A stretch of DNA of 64,000 bases from Candidatus Multivoradales bacterium (GCA_965223855.1 CBDCXM010000002.1:192001-256000); one strand, 5' to 3'. Positions 40,257 through 50,574 are shown, numbered from the stretch's first letter. Made by a program: numbers and translations. The notes: generated by a model not told the origin, from the sequence alone.

Positions 40257-41148
40257 GCTGCTGCTGGTCGACGCCAGCCCCTACCTGTTTCGCGCCCACT
40301 TCGCGCTGCCGTCGTCGATCGTCGATCGCGAGGGGCGGCCCGCCAACGCGGTCTACGGGTTCATGACCTTCCTGCTGAAGTTGCTGGCTGAGGAGCGGCC
40401 GACCCATCTGGCGATCGCCTTCGACGCCAGCCTGACGACCAGCTTCCGGAACCGGCTCTACGCCGACTACAAGGCGCAGCGCGAGCCGCCGCCGGCCGAG
40501 CTCGAGGATCAGTCCGTGGCGGCCCTCGGGCTGTGCCGCGCCTGCGGATGGTGGGCGGGCGCCGTCGACGGCTACGAGGCGGACGACATCCTCGGCGCCC
40601 TGTGCGCGCGCCTCGTAGATCGAGCCGGCCGGGCACGAGTCAGGGCGACGGTGGTGACTTCCGACAAGGACCTCGCGCAGCTCGTCTCGGACCGGGTCAC
40701 CTGGCTCGACGCCCGGAAGGGAGAGCGCTACGGCCCCCGCGAGGTCGAGGCTCGCCTCGGCGTGGCTCCCGGGCAGGTGGTCGATCTCCTGGCGCTGGCC
40801 GGCGATCCGGTGGACAACATCCCGGGCGTGCCGGGGATCGGAGCGAAGACCGCCCTCCGCCTGTTGGAGCTCTTCGGTTCGCTCGAGCGGACCCTGGAGC
40901 GCCTCGACGAGCTGCCGTCCAGCGGTCTGCGGGGTGCCGCCCGTCTCGCCGGGTTGCTCGACGAGCATCGCGATCAGGCGCTTCTCTCGCGACGACTCGC
41001 GACCGTGGAGCGGGAAGTCGAAGGCGCGACTCCGGCTCTCGAGGCGTTGCGGATCGGGCCCCCGGACGCGACCGCGGTCCGCGAGTGGTGCGATCGTCTC
41101 GGCTTCGAATCGCTCCGCGATCGGCTGCTGGCGGGGGTGATCCGGTAG
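40243..41148 (+). CDS. Stand-alone 5'-3' exonuclease / flap endonuclease (PolI N-terminal-like)
   Basis: LVDAS.Y.FRA, FD...FR...Y..YKA.R, EADD, SDKDLAQL, GD..DNIPGVPGIG.KTA. Confidence 0.92.
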   Translation: MPTPELLLVDASPYLFRAHFALPSSIVDREGRPANAVYGFMTFLLKLLAEERPTHLAIAFDASLTTSFRNRLYADYKAQREPPPAELEDQSVAALGLCRACGWWAGAVDGYEADDILGALCARLVDRAGRARVRATVVTSDKDLAQLVSDRVTWLDARKGERYGPREVEARLGVAPGQVVDLLALAGDPVDNIPGVPGIGAKTALRLLELFGSLERTLERLDELPSSGLRGAARLAGLLDEHRDQALLSRRLATVEREVEGATPALEALRIGPPDATAVREWCDRLGFESLRDRLLAGVIR

Positions 41149-41193
41149 GGCCGGCAGTCCGCGGCCGGGCCGACCCGCGTGCTAGATTGAGGT

Positions 41194-42042
41194 ATGGCCT
41201 CAGAGGGTGACGAGTACCTGCATGGCACCCACGAGGAAGAGCGCCGACGGCTGGCTCGGCTCAACGAACTGTTGAACGCGCGGGCGTTGCGCGACCTCGC
41301 ACTGGAGCCTGCGGACCGGGTGCTCGACGTCGGCAGCGGGCTCGGATTGCTGACCCAGGCGATCGCCCGTCGGGTGGGCCCGCACGGCTCAGTGCTGGGC
41401 ATCGAGAAGGACAAGGTGCAGCTCGCCTCGGCGCTTCAGAGCTGCGAGGCGCCTTCGGAGCTCGCGGCGCCGGTCGAGTTCCGGCGGGGCGACGCCCAGA
41501 GTCTGCCGCTGCGACCGGGCGAGTGGGGACAGTTCGACGTCGCCCACTGCCGCTTCGTCCTCGAGCACGTCGCCGAGCCGCAGAAGGTGGTCGAGGGGAT
41601 GGCGCAGGCGGTGCGACCCGGCGGCCGAGTGGTGCTCGAAGACGACGACCACGACCTCCTGCGGCTGTGGCCCGCGCTGCCCGAGTTCGAGCAGCTCTGG
41701 TCCGCCTACGTCGAGTCGTATCGCAGGCTTGGCTGCGATCCGTTCGTCGGCCGCCGGCTCGTCGATCTGCTGCAGCGCTCCGGCCTCGAGCCGACCGGCA
41801 TGGAGCTGCGCCGCTTCGGGAGTCACGAGGGAGCAGCCGACTGGCCGACCTACATGGAGAACCTCGAGGGACTGCTGGTCGGTGCCGAAGAAGCGATCCG
41901 CGACGCGGGCGAGATCGACGCCGAGACGTTCGGCGCCGCGATCCGCTCGTTGAGGCGGTGGTCGGAGCGCCCGGGGGCGGCGCTGTGGTACGTCACCTGC
42001 TGGGCCGAGGGGCACCGCGGTCGGCGCGGGACGGCCGCCTGA
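41194..42042 (+). CDS. Class I SAM-dependent methyltransferase
   Basis: VLDVGSGLG, GDAQ, FDVAHCRFVLEH, RPGG. Confidence 0.88.
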   Translation: MASEGDEYLHGTHEEERRRLARLNELLNARALRDLALEPADRVLDVGSGLGLLTQAIARRVGPHGSVLGIEKDKVQLASALQSCEAPSELAAPVEFRRGDAQSLPLRPGEWGQFDVAHCRFVLEHVAEPQKVVEGMAQAVRPGGRVVLEDDDHDLLRLWPALPEFEQLWSAYVESYRRLGCDPFVGRRLVDLLQRSGLEPTGMELRRFGSHEGAADWPTYMENLEGLLVGAEEAIRDAGEIDAETFGAAIRSLRRWSERPGAALWYVTCWAEGHRGRRGTAA

Positions 42043-42053
42043 GCCGGCGCTCG

Positions 42054-42866
42054 ATGCTGCGACGGGTCTGGAACCAGGTCGCGAGGCCGCTGAACCGCCA
42101 CCGTCTGCGGGCTTTCCGTCCGGTGCTGTCGGGTCGCCTCGGCAGGGCTCGTGGGGTCGCTCCGGTGTTCGTCGTTGCCGTGTCGGGTACCGTGGGATGG
42201 CTCGAGCCGTGTCTCAAGCTCGTTCCCCCGGCGAGACCACTGTGGGTCTTCGACAACGGGCTGACGCCCGGTGAGCGAAAGTGGGTGCGCAGCCTCAAGC
42301 TCCCACGTGCGCCGCGACTCGTGCGCCTACCGGTGTTGCCGGCGACGCTCGCTCCTCATGGGACCGTGCTCGACTTGCTCTTCGCTTCCGCGGCCGGCGA
42401 CTTCGTTCTGCTCGACCACGACTGCTACGTGCTCGAGCCTGCACTGTTCGAGCCGCCCGAATGGGACGAGAGGGAGATGGTCGCCGGCATCGATCGTCAG
42501 GGCTTCGTGATGATCAACGCCGCAGCCGATCTCAAGTACCCGCGCTCTCATTTCCTCGTGGTCCGTGGGGACGCGGTGCGTGCGCTGATGAAGAGCCACG
42601 CCGTCGGTTGCGAGAAGGCGACCTCGACGCCCGCCCACCTCGCCTCGCTCGTGGGGTCGATCGGCATCGGGGACCACAACTTCCCGCCACCTCATCTGGC
42701 CTTCTACGACACGCTGCAGTTGTTGTGGTCGGTCGGCTTCGCCGACGGCTGGTCGGTCCGCTGGAGAGCGGCCGACGAGGGGGCGATTTCCCATGTCGGC
42801 GGGACGACCCGAATGGCGAGGGAGGGCATGACCGGGGGTGCGGCCGAGGTGCGCCGGGCAGGTTGA
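42054..42866 (+). CDS. Hypothetical GT-A-like protein
   Basis: VFDNG, HG..LD, FVLLDHDCYV (DxD-like motif). Confidence 0.55.
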   Translation: MLRRVWNQVARPLNRHRLRAFRPVLSGRLGRARGVAPVFVVAVSGTVGWLEPCLKLVPPARPLWVFDNGLTPGERKWVRSLKLPRAPRLVRLPVLPATLAPHGTVLDLLFASAAGDFVLLDHDCYVLEPALFEPPEWDEREMVAGIDRQGFVMINAAADLKYPRSHFLVVRGDAVRALMKSHAVGCEKATSTPAHLASLVGSIGIGDHNFPPPHLAFYDTLQLLWSVGFADGWSVRWRAADEGAISHVGGTTRMAREGMTGGAAEVRRAG

Positions 42867-42898
42867 GGTAGCCTCGCGTCTCACGAGGGAGGAGAGCG

Positions 42899-43396
42899 AT
42901 GGCGATTCAGCGAGGCGCGAGAGTGCCCGACGTTACCCTGCGTCGGGTGGGGCCGGAGGGAGTCGAGGAGGTGACGACCGGGAACTGGCTCGCCGGGCGG
43001 CGGGTGGTTCTGTTCGCCGTGCCCGGCGCCTTCACCTCGACCTGCTCGGACGTCCATCTGCCCGGCTTCGTCGCCCAGCGTGACGCCTTCCTCGCGGCCG
43101 GTATCGACGCGGTCGCCTGTACCGCCGTGAACGACGCCTCGGTGCTGGGAGCCTGGGGCCGCTCGACCGGCGCTCTCGACCACCTCGCGATGCTGGCGGA
43201 CGGCAACGGCGATCTGGCCCGCGCCCTCGGCCTCGAGGTCGACCTCAGCCGCTTCGGCATGGGGGTGCGCTCGAAACGCTGGGCGGCCGTGATCGACGAC
43301 GGTGTCGTGACCTACCTGGGTGTGGAAGACGGGCCTGAGGTCTCGGTCAGCGGTGCCGAAGCCGTCCTCGCCGCTCTCACCGCGGCCCGGGACTGA
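42899..43396 (+). CDS. Peroxiredoxin (Prx5 family)
   Basis: VLFAVPGAFT.TCS..HLPG, VND..V..AW, ADGN, RSKR. Confidence 0.93.
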   Translation: MAIQRGARVPDVTLRRVGPEGVEEVTTGNWLAGRRVVLFAVPGAFTSTCSDVHLPGFVAQRDAFLAAGIDAVACTAVNDASVLGAWGRSTGALDHLAMLADGNGDLARALGLEVDLSRFGMGVRSKRWAAVIDDGVVTYLGVEDGPEVSVSGAEAVLAALTAARD

Positions 43397-43432
43397 GCTA
43401 TCCGGGACTGAGCAACCACCAGGCCGAGTTCG

Positions 43433-44806
43433 TCAGCGCAGCGCCTCGACCTCGATGTCGGTCAGTACGACCTCGGAGATCGGTCGGAAGTCTTCGATCG
43501 CCCCGGGGACGATCCGATCGACGCTGAACGGGCCTTCGCCGTCGATCCCCAGGTTTGCGGCGTCGAAGAAGAGAATGCCTCCGACCTCGCGATAGTTCGA
43601 CAGCCGACGGAACCGCAGCCCGCCGCGCTCGGCGTCGGTGCCGAAGCTGTACGCGTACTGCTCCAGACGGCCGGTCTCGGGATCGAACCAGTAGGCGTAC
43701 TCGTCGGAGGCGTCAGTGCTGCTGCCGGGGGCGAAGGTCACCTTGACCCGCCGTAGCGACCGGCCCTCCCAGCTCTCCAGCCCCTGATCGTCCGTCGTCA
43801 CCGAGGGTGCCTCGAGGCCGTAGGGGAGAAACGGGAAGTAGACACGGGCGTTGACGAAGTCCCGGGCGCGCGACGCTCCTTCGTCGTCGAGTTCCACGGC
43901 GACGCCGTCGACCGACCGCGAGACCGTGTCGTTGGTGAGTCGGGTGATGCGCTCCGATTCGTCGCGCCGCTCGCGCACGGTGTAATCGAAACTGCCGCCG
44001 TCACGGATGACCTCGAGGTCGAAGCCGCCGGACTTGGAGGTGACGGTCAGCCGGCTTCGGCTCGCCTCGTAGCGGGCTCCGCCGTGGCGCTCGATCGCCG
44101 CCGCGACGACGTCGGCGGCGCTGTCGCCGGGCGCCGAGCCTACTGCGTCCTCGGTCTCGGCGCCGGTCTCGCCCGCCGACTCGCCGACCGGGGCGTAGCT
44201 ATCCCCGTAGCTGCGCTCGACGACCGAGGAGTCGCCGTCCGAACGGAAGGTGACGAGGAACAGCCGGTCGTACTCGTCCTCCTCGATGCGGATCGGGTCG
44301 AAGGCGCCGCCGCCGAGTCGCCCGATCATCCGCGGCACGGTGTTGCTGTGGCCGACGACCAGCACGGTGCCGCCGGCGTGCTGCTCGAGGATCCAGGACA
44401 GGAGGTCGGCGGCGCTCGACATCGCCGGATCGAGGAAGAAGGTCACGCTTCGGATCGGGGGGTCGCACCCCTCGAGGTCGGCGCTGCTGCTGCCGGACGC
44501 CTGGACCGCGATCGGCACACCGATCGCCTGGGCGGTCGGCTCCGCGGTCTGGGCGGTGCGGCACAGATCGGTGGAGTAGACCGCCTCGACACCCCACTCC
44601 AGAGCGATGTCCCGCAGTGCCGCGGCGCGCTCGAGCCCTCGCTCGGTCAGGTCGGGGTTGCCGGCGTCGCTCTGCTTCTCGGCGTGTCGGGCGAAGAGGA
44701 AGAGCGTCTCTTCCGCACCGGCCGAAGGAAGGGAGCAGGCGAGGAGGGCGAGGGCGAGGACCGGGCCCCGGCGGAGGCGACGTGGGTCGAGCAGGCGGAT
44801 CTTCAT
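43433..44806 (-). CDS. Exported histidine-phosphatase-domain protein fused to a DUF6503-like domain
   Basis: ARHAEK, S...RT.QTA, VVGHSNT. Second half has AIERHGG..Y, N...YF..LP..L, Y.YWFD. Confidence 0.7.
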   Translation of the reverse strand: MKIRLLDPRRLRRGPVLALALLACSLPSAGAEETLFLFARHAEKQSDAGNPDLTERGLERAAALRDIALEWGVEAVYSTDLCRTAQTAEPTAQAIGVPIAVQASGSSSADLEGCDPPIRSVTFFLDPAMSSAADLLSWILEQHAGGTVLVVGHSNTVPRMIGRLGGGAFDPIRIEEDEYDRLFLVTFRSDGDSSVVERSYGDSYAPVGESAGETGAETEDAVGSAPGDSAADVVAAAIERHGGARYEASRSRLTVTSKSGGFDLEVIRDGGSFDYTVRERRDESERITRLTNDTVSRSVDGVAVELDDEGASRARDFVNARVYFPFLPYGLEAPSVTTDDQGLESWEGRSLRRVKVTFAPGSSTDASDEYAYWFDPETGRLEQYAYSFGTDAERGGLRFRRLSNYREVGGILFFDAANLGIDGEGPFSVDRIVPGAIEDFRPISEVVLTDIEVEALR

Positions 44807-44885
44807 GAGTCGATGTTAGCCCGCAGCTGTCGCCGCCGCCGCCGCTGGCGTCCCGGCGCGCCGTCTGCGAAAGTGACGCCTCGCC

Positions 44886-45848
44886 ATGACCGAGGAGACC
44901 AGCCGACCCGCTCGCCGACCGGGAGCCGTCGTCCTCGCGGCGGCGGCGTTCGGCCTCTTCCTCGTCTGGAGCAACAGCTTCGTGGCGGTGGAGTACCTGC
45001 TGGAACCGCCGGCGGAGCGGTTCGACTGGCTGTCGCTGACGGTGGCGCGCTTCGTGCCGGCGGCGCTGGTGTGCGGTCTCTACCTCGGCTGGCGCCGCCG
45101 CCGGGAGGCGTGGCAGGTGGCGAGCGGTCACCCGCTCCGCCTGCTCGCCTGCGCCGCCCTCGCGGTGCCGCTCTACAATTTCGCGCTCGGCTTCGGTCAG
45201 GAGCACGGAGTGCCCGCACCGATCGCTTCGCTGACGACCACGCTCGCTCCGCTCTTCATCCTCGTCCTCGCGACCGTCTTCCTCGGGGAGCGGCCCTCGC
45301 GCCGGATGCTCGCCGGCTTCGCGCTGGCGCTGGCAGGCATGGTCGTGCTGGCGGTGGCGCGATCGACCGAGGGCGCTACCGGCTACGTCGCCGCGCTGGT
45401 CACCGCCGCCGGAGCGCCGCTCTCGTGGGCGTGCTTTTCGGTCCTCAGCAAGCCGCTGACCGAGCGGGTTTCACCGGTGGTGTGGAGTTACCTCGCCACG
45501 GCGCTCGGAGGAGTGATGGTGCTGCCGCTCCTTCCCGGCGCGGTTTGGGAGCAGTGGAGCCGGCTCGACGCTTCCGGCTGGGGGGCCCTGCTCTATCTCA
45601 GCCTCCCGTGCACCGTGCTCGGATTCGCGCTCTGGACCTGGCTGCTGCGCTACCTGCCGGCGTTCGTCGTCGGATTGCTGGTCTTCCTCAACCCGCCGCT
45701 GACGACGATCTCGAAGAAGGTCCTCGCCGCGTTGTGGCCGGCGACGTTCGACTTCTCGATCCTGCCGGGCGAATGGTGGGGAGGTGCGGTGGTGCTCGTC
45801 GGCCTGGCGGTGGCGCTCATCCGTCGGCCGGGCGCTCGACGTGCATGA
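44886..45848 (+). CDS. DMT/EamA-family transporter
   Basis: 10 TM helices, two EamA repeats (LTVARF, LGER, FLNP). Confidence 0.88.
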   Translation: MTEETSRPARRPGAVVLAAAAFGLFLVWSNSFVAVEYLLEPPAERFDWLSLTVARFVPAALVCGLYLGWRRRREAWQVASGHPLRLLACAALAVPLYNFALGFGQEHGVPAPIASLTTTLAPLFILVLATVFLGERPSRRMLAGFALALAGMVVLAVARSTEGATGYVAALVTAAGAPLSWACFSVLSKPLTERVSPVVWSYLATALGGVMVLPLLPGAVWEQWSRLDASGWGALLYLSLPCTVLGFALWTWLLRYLPAFVVGLLVFLNPPLTTISKKVLAALWPATFDFSILPGEWWGGAVVLVGLAVALIRRPGARRA

Positions 45849-46320
45849 ACTGCAGCGCCAGCAGGGAGACGAGGCAGTAGGCGGTGAAGTAGTAGAAGCC
45901 CGGTTCGGCGACGGCGTCGAGCATGTCGGTCGCCTTGGCGGCGAGGTAGGCGACGTAGACTCCGACGACGAAGACGTCGGCCATCGACCACTTGCTGATC
46001 GAGCGGACGAAGCGGAACAGCCGGAAGCGCCGGGCGGCGTCGCGCAGCGCGAAGCAGACGAGCAGCAGCACCCCCTTGGCGACCGGCACGATGACGCTGA
46101 AGAGCAGAATCAGACCGGCGACGAAATCATTGCCGGACTCGTGGAGGTTACGGACTGTCTGAAGGATGCTGCGGGTCTCGCGGAACAGCTCCCGGGTGTT
46201 GCCCATGAAGTCGATCGATGCGGTGATGGTGAGGAGCGGCTGCGTGAGGCCGGGGACGAGCAGGCCGAACGACACGAGGATCAGTGCGATGGCGACGAAG
46301 TTGCGAGTACGGGCTGACAT
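45817..46320 (-). CDS. Paraquat-inducible protein A-like membrane protein (stand-alone)
   Basis: FSVIVPVAK...KWSMADVFVV motif. Confidence 0.85.
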   Translation of the reverse strand: MSARTRNFVAIALILVSFGLLVPGLTQPLLTITASIDFMGNTRELFRETRSILQTVRNLHESGNDFVAGLILLFSVIVPVAKGVLLLVCFALRDAARRFRLFRFVRSISKWSMADVFVVGVYVAYLAAKATDMLDAVAEPGFYYFTAYCLVSLLALQFMHVERPADG

Positions 46321-47719
46321 ACGGCGGATTCTACGCACGCTGGTGTGGATGGTTGCGGTAGGGGCCTCCGCTGCGGGCGCCACGGAGTTCGCTCCCGGTG
46401 AGCTGGTCGAGGAAGTCGTCTCGGTCGTCGATCCCGAGCACAGCTATGCTCTCTACCTGCCTTCGAACTTCAGCTCGGATCGCTCGTGGCCCATCCTCTA
46501 CCTCTTCGAAGCGCGGCGCCGCGGGGCCGAGTTCGCCCGCCGCCACCAGCAGGCTGCCGAGCGGCTCGGCTGGATCCTCGCGAGCTCCAACAACTCGGAG
46601 AGCGACGGCGACTTCGAGCCCAACCGGCGGGCGATGATCGCGATGTGGGAGGACACCCACAGCCGCTTTCCGATCGATCCGCGCCGTCGCTATGCCGGTG
46701 GGTTCTCCGGCGGCGCCCGTGTGGCGGCGATCCTCGCGTTCACCCGCAAGGGAGAGGTCGCCGGTGTGCTCGGCTGGGGAGCGGGGCTTCCGCTGCAGTT
46801 CCGACCGGTCGAGAGCCGCCCGCCGTTCCACTTCTTCGGCGGCGTCGGTGACGCCGACTTCAACTACTCCGAGCTCGACGAGCTGGCGACTCAGCTCGAA
46901 GCCGTCGGAGCGAAGCATCATGTCGCGGTGTTCGACGGCGCCCACGTCTGGCCTCCGATCGAGGTGGCGACGCAGGCGATGACGTGGATGGAGATGCAGG
47001 CGATGCGTCAGGGGCTGCGCGACAACGACGCCGGTCTGGTGGCCGAAGTCGTGGCGGCCGCGACCGCACGGGCGGCCTCTCTCGAGGACGCCGGCGATCT
47101 GCTGGCGGCCGCGACCGAGCTTCGCTCGCTGGCCGAGCTGGTGGCGGGCTTTCACGACACACTACCGATCGAGGAGTCGATCGCCCGGCTCGAGGGGAGC
47201 GACTCCTGGGGTGCTCTCGAAGAGCGCAGGGAGGAAGCGCTCGCCTGGGAGAGCCGGACCTTCGAGCGCATCAAGCAGGCGTTCAACGCTACGGCGAAGG
47301 ACGCACCGGTGCGCCTCGACCTCTCGGAGGTGCTCCAGATCGTCGACGTGGATGGGCTGCGACGGCTGAGCGAGACCGGTGAGCCGCGGGAGAAGGCGCT
47401 GGCCGCCCGGCGGATGCTCTCCCGCCTCGCGGGCCAGACCGCCTTCATGCTGCCGCAACTCATGACTCGGCAGGGGGATCACGAGCGGGCCCTTCTGATG
47501 CTGGAGGTGGGCGTGCGGGTCGTGCCCGACTCCGCTCGGACCTGGGCCGAGCTGGGGCGGACGGCACTGCGCACCGGCGATTCGCATCGCGCGATGGACG
47601 CCCTCGAAAAGGCGCTCGACCTCGGCTGGGAGGGCCGCTCGGAGCTCGAGTTGGACCCGCTGTGGGAGCCGATCCGGGGCACCGCCCGCTTCGCTGCGCT
47701 GCTGGCCGGCGGCGGCTGA
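46289..47719 (+). CDS. Exported alpha/beta-hydrolase with C-terminal TPR
   Basis: SYALYLP, GFSGGA nucleophile elbow, GD.DFN, F.GAH.W, TPR tail. Start uncertain (46289-46349). Confidence 0.75.
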   Translation: MATKLRVRADIRRILRTLVWMVAVGASAAGATEFAPGELVEEVVSVVDPEHSYALYLPSNFSSDRSWPILYLFEARRRGAEFARRHQQAAERLGWILASSNNSESDGDFEPNRRAMIAMWEDTHSRFPIDPRRRYAGGFSGGARVAAILAFTRKGEVAGVLGWGAGLPLQFRPVESRPPFHFFGGVGDADFNYSELDELATQLEAVGAKHHVAVFDGAHVWPPIEVATQAMTWMEMQAMRQGLRDNDAGLVAEVVAAATARAASLEDAGDLLAAATELRSLAELVAGFHDTLPIEESIARLEGSDSWGALEERREEALAWESRTFERIKQAFNATAKDAPVRLDLSEVLQIVDVDGLRRLSETGEPREKALAARRMLSRLAGQTAFMLPQLMTRQGDHERALLMLEVGVRVVPDSARTWAELGRTALRTGDSHRAMDALEKALDLGWEGRSELELDPLWEPIRGTARFAALLAGGG

Positions 47720-47851
47720 TTCGGCCGCCGTCGCGGCGGAGGGATGGCGCTCGTCGTCCCCCGACTCGCCGGCGGCCGCCGGTGGCGTAGTCTTGCCCCC
47801 GGGCTCCGGCGGCGAGCGGCCGCAGGAGCGACCGGAAGAGGAGACCGAGGG

Positions 47852-49842
47852 ATGTCGAAGAGAGCCACGCCCGACGCGGTGCAGCCCGAGACCGCGGGAG
47901 CCGACGAGTTCGCCGAAGAGCCGCTCGACCTGGCGTCGATCTTTCTCGGCCCGAAGGGCGAGAACGCCGACTACTTCGAGCGACTGCTTCTCGAGGCGCT
48001 GCGCGATCACGTCTTCTGGCGTCGCAACTTCCACCCCGAGGACGGTTTCCTCGTCGGCGACCGCGGGAAGCGTAGCGACGCCTATCAGCGCAGCCTCGCC
48101 GTGCTCTCGGAGGAGCTGCTGAACCTGCTCGGTGAGCTCAAGGCGGGCGTTCCGTTCTTCAGCCCGCGCTACATCGGCCACATGAACTCCGACCTGACGA
48201 TGGCGAGTCTCATCGGCTACTTCGCGACGATGCTCTACAACCCGAACAACGTCGCAGCCGAGGCCTCGCCGGTGACGACCCGCATGGAGCTCGAGGTCGG
48301 CCGGCAGCTCGCCGAGATGATCGGCTATCCGGTGGAGACCCACTGGGGCCACCTGACGTCGGGCGGCACCGTGGCCAACTTCGAGGCGTTGTGGGCGGCT
48401 CGCAACGTCAAGTACCTCCCCGTCGCCCTGCGCGGGGCGGCGCGCTCGCTCGGACTCGACGATCTCGAGGTGGCGCTGCCGACGGGAGAGAGAGCGCGGC
48501 TGATCGACCTCGACCTGTGGCAGCTCCTCAATGTCGAGACAGGAGCGACCCTCGATCTGGCGGCCGACCTCGATGCGGCCGCCGGATCTCAGGAGGCGGC
48601 GGCCGAGGCGGTCGCCGAACACTCTCTCGCTCGCCTCGGCTACCAGGAGTATGCGCGTCGGCTGACGGCCGCTTTCGGCAATGCGCTCCCCGACAGCGTC
48701 GTCCTCGTGCCGTCGACGGCGCACTACTCGTGGGAGAAGATCTGCCAGTCGTTGGGGATCGGCTCTCACCAGCTCGTCCACGTCCCCGTCGACCGGCAGT
48801 TCCGCATGGATGCCGGGGCGCTGGAAGAGACCTGTCACCGTCTCGCCCGGACCCACCACAGCGTGATCGCCTGTGTCGCGGTGCTCGGCACGACCGAGGA
48901 GAGCGCGGTCGATCGGGTGGACCTGATCGCCGATGTGCGACGGCGCCTCGCCCGGGAGCACGGACTCGCCTTTCACCTCCACACCGACGGCGCCTGGGGC
49001 GGCTACGCGATCTCGGTCACCCGCGACCGTTCCGGTGCACGGCGCGAGCATGCCGCGGCGCTGGCGGACGCGCGGCCTCACGTCTGGCCGCGCGAAGGGG
49101 TCTACCGCGCGCTGTGTGCCGTCGAGCGCACCGACTCGACGACCATCGACCCGCACAAGCTGGGCTTCGTCCCCTATCCGGCGGGGGCGATCGTCTTCCG
49201 TGACCGGCGGGTGCGGGATCTCCTCGCGGTCGACGCCCCCTATCTGTTTCACCGCGGTGCTTCGGAGTGGGGGTACATCGGCCGCTTCATCTTCGAGGGT
49301 TCGAAGCCGGAGCGGCGGCCGCCGGGGTCTGGATGTCGCACAAGGTGCTGCCGCTCGACGAGCGCGGCTACGGTCGACTGATCAGCGAGACGTCGCGCGG
49401 CGCCCTGGCGCTGTGGCAGCACCTGCGCGAGCGCGACTTCGGGGCGTTCCGGCTCGTCCTGTTGCCGGAGCCCGACCTCAACATCGTCTGCTTCGCCGTC
49501 GCCCATCCCAAGCTGCAGTCGCTCGAAGCGGCCAACGCCTTCGTCGATCGCCTCTACGCCGCCATGAGCATCCAGCCCGAAAACGACAGCCGCCGCCTCG
49601 ACTACTTCGTCACCAAGACGGTGCTGCGCTGCGGCGAGTACGGCAGCTCGATCGATCCGCTGGCCGAGGCGCTCGGCTTCGATGCGGCCGAATGCCTCGC
49701 GGCGGGCGGAGTCAGCGTGATCCGGTGCACCCTCATGGACCCGTTCGTCGCTTCGCGTCGCGGAGAGGTGGACTACATCGAAGGCTTCGCCACCAATCTC
49801 GAGACGATCCTCACCCGCGAGCTGGACGCCGTCGCGTCCTGA
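47852..49842 (+). pseudogene. Group II PLP-dependent decarboxylase (tyrosine-decarboxylase-like), split by a 1-nt frameshift near 49310
   Basis: GHMNSD, MLYNPNNV, HLTSGGT, HTDGAWGGY, DPHK. EGSKP continues as GAAAAGVWMSH in the -1 frame. Confidence 0.8.
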
Positions 49843-50168
49843 CCGTGCCGGGGTGGCTGCCCAGCGGGTGGAGGTCGAGGTGATGGACTTCGCCGCGGCG
49901 ACCGCTCGGGCTTGCGGCTCCTCGCGGCGAAGGGCTTCCGGGTAGGCCGACGTTCCGGAAGGTCGCTCCGGCAGGGGCGTCGCGACAGGGCCCGTTGCGG
50001 GTCGGTCGAGAGCAAGGATCGGCCGGACTTCGCCGCTCTTCTGCTTGGCGAACCTCCAGGAAGGGGCTCGGAGGCCGCCGAGCGCCTTGCCGCACTGGGA
50101 GGGGAAGTCTCGTAACTCGCCCTTTTTCAGAGGTTTGATCTTCTCCCCACAATCTTTTTCGCGAATCC

Positions 50169-50198
50169 TGTAACGAAACGTCGCGTTTTTGCGCCTAT
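50169..50198 (+). promoter_or_regulatory. Putative ECF-sigma promoter
   Basis: TGTAAC-N17-CGCCTAT in an AT-rich patch. Confidence 0.45.
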
Positions 50199-50218
50199 AC
50201 GGGTGAAGGGCGCAGGTA

Positions 50219-50476
50219 GTGAGTCCACTCGACCAGGTTTCCCGGTTTGCGACTCCGTTCTCGGACGGTGGCGGGCCGTGGCTCGTGGCTGTCGTCGTGA
50301 GTCTGCTGCTCGTACCGGTCGTGGCGGCTCTCGCGGCGCTGTGGAAGCGCAAGCTGCTGGCTGCGGATCCGTTCCGCCGTCTGGCTGCTCCTGCAGGGCC
50401 GCTGACTTTCGCCGAACCGCCTGCCAGTCAGGCGACGAGGGCGGCCATCGGGAGGATCTCCGACCGGCGCGCCTGA
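50219..50476 (+). CDS. Small single-TM protein
   Basis: WLVAVVVSLLLVPVVAALAALWKRK (TM followed by positive-inside residues). Lies between the ECF-like promoter and a terminator. Confidence 0.5.
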   Translation: MSPLDQVSRFATPFSDGGGPWLVAVVVSLLLVPVVAALAALWKRKLLAADPFRRLAAPAGPLTFAEPPASQATRAAIGRISDRRA

Positions 50477-50491
50477 ATCCCAGAACAGAAC

Positions 50492-50574
50492 CGACTCGAC
50501 CGCCGTCCCTCAGTCGAGTCGCTTCGGTGGGTTGGTCGGGTCCCGGCCCCGGGGCGACCAACCCACCCTTTTTT
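50492..50574 (+). terminator. Tandem hairpin plus strong intrinsic terminator
   Basis: CGACTCGAC/GTCGAGTCG, then GGTGGGTTGGTCG/CGACCAACCCACC followed by CTTTTTT. Confidence 0.8.
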
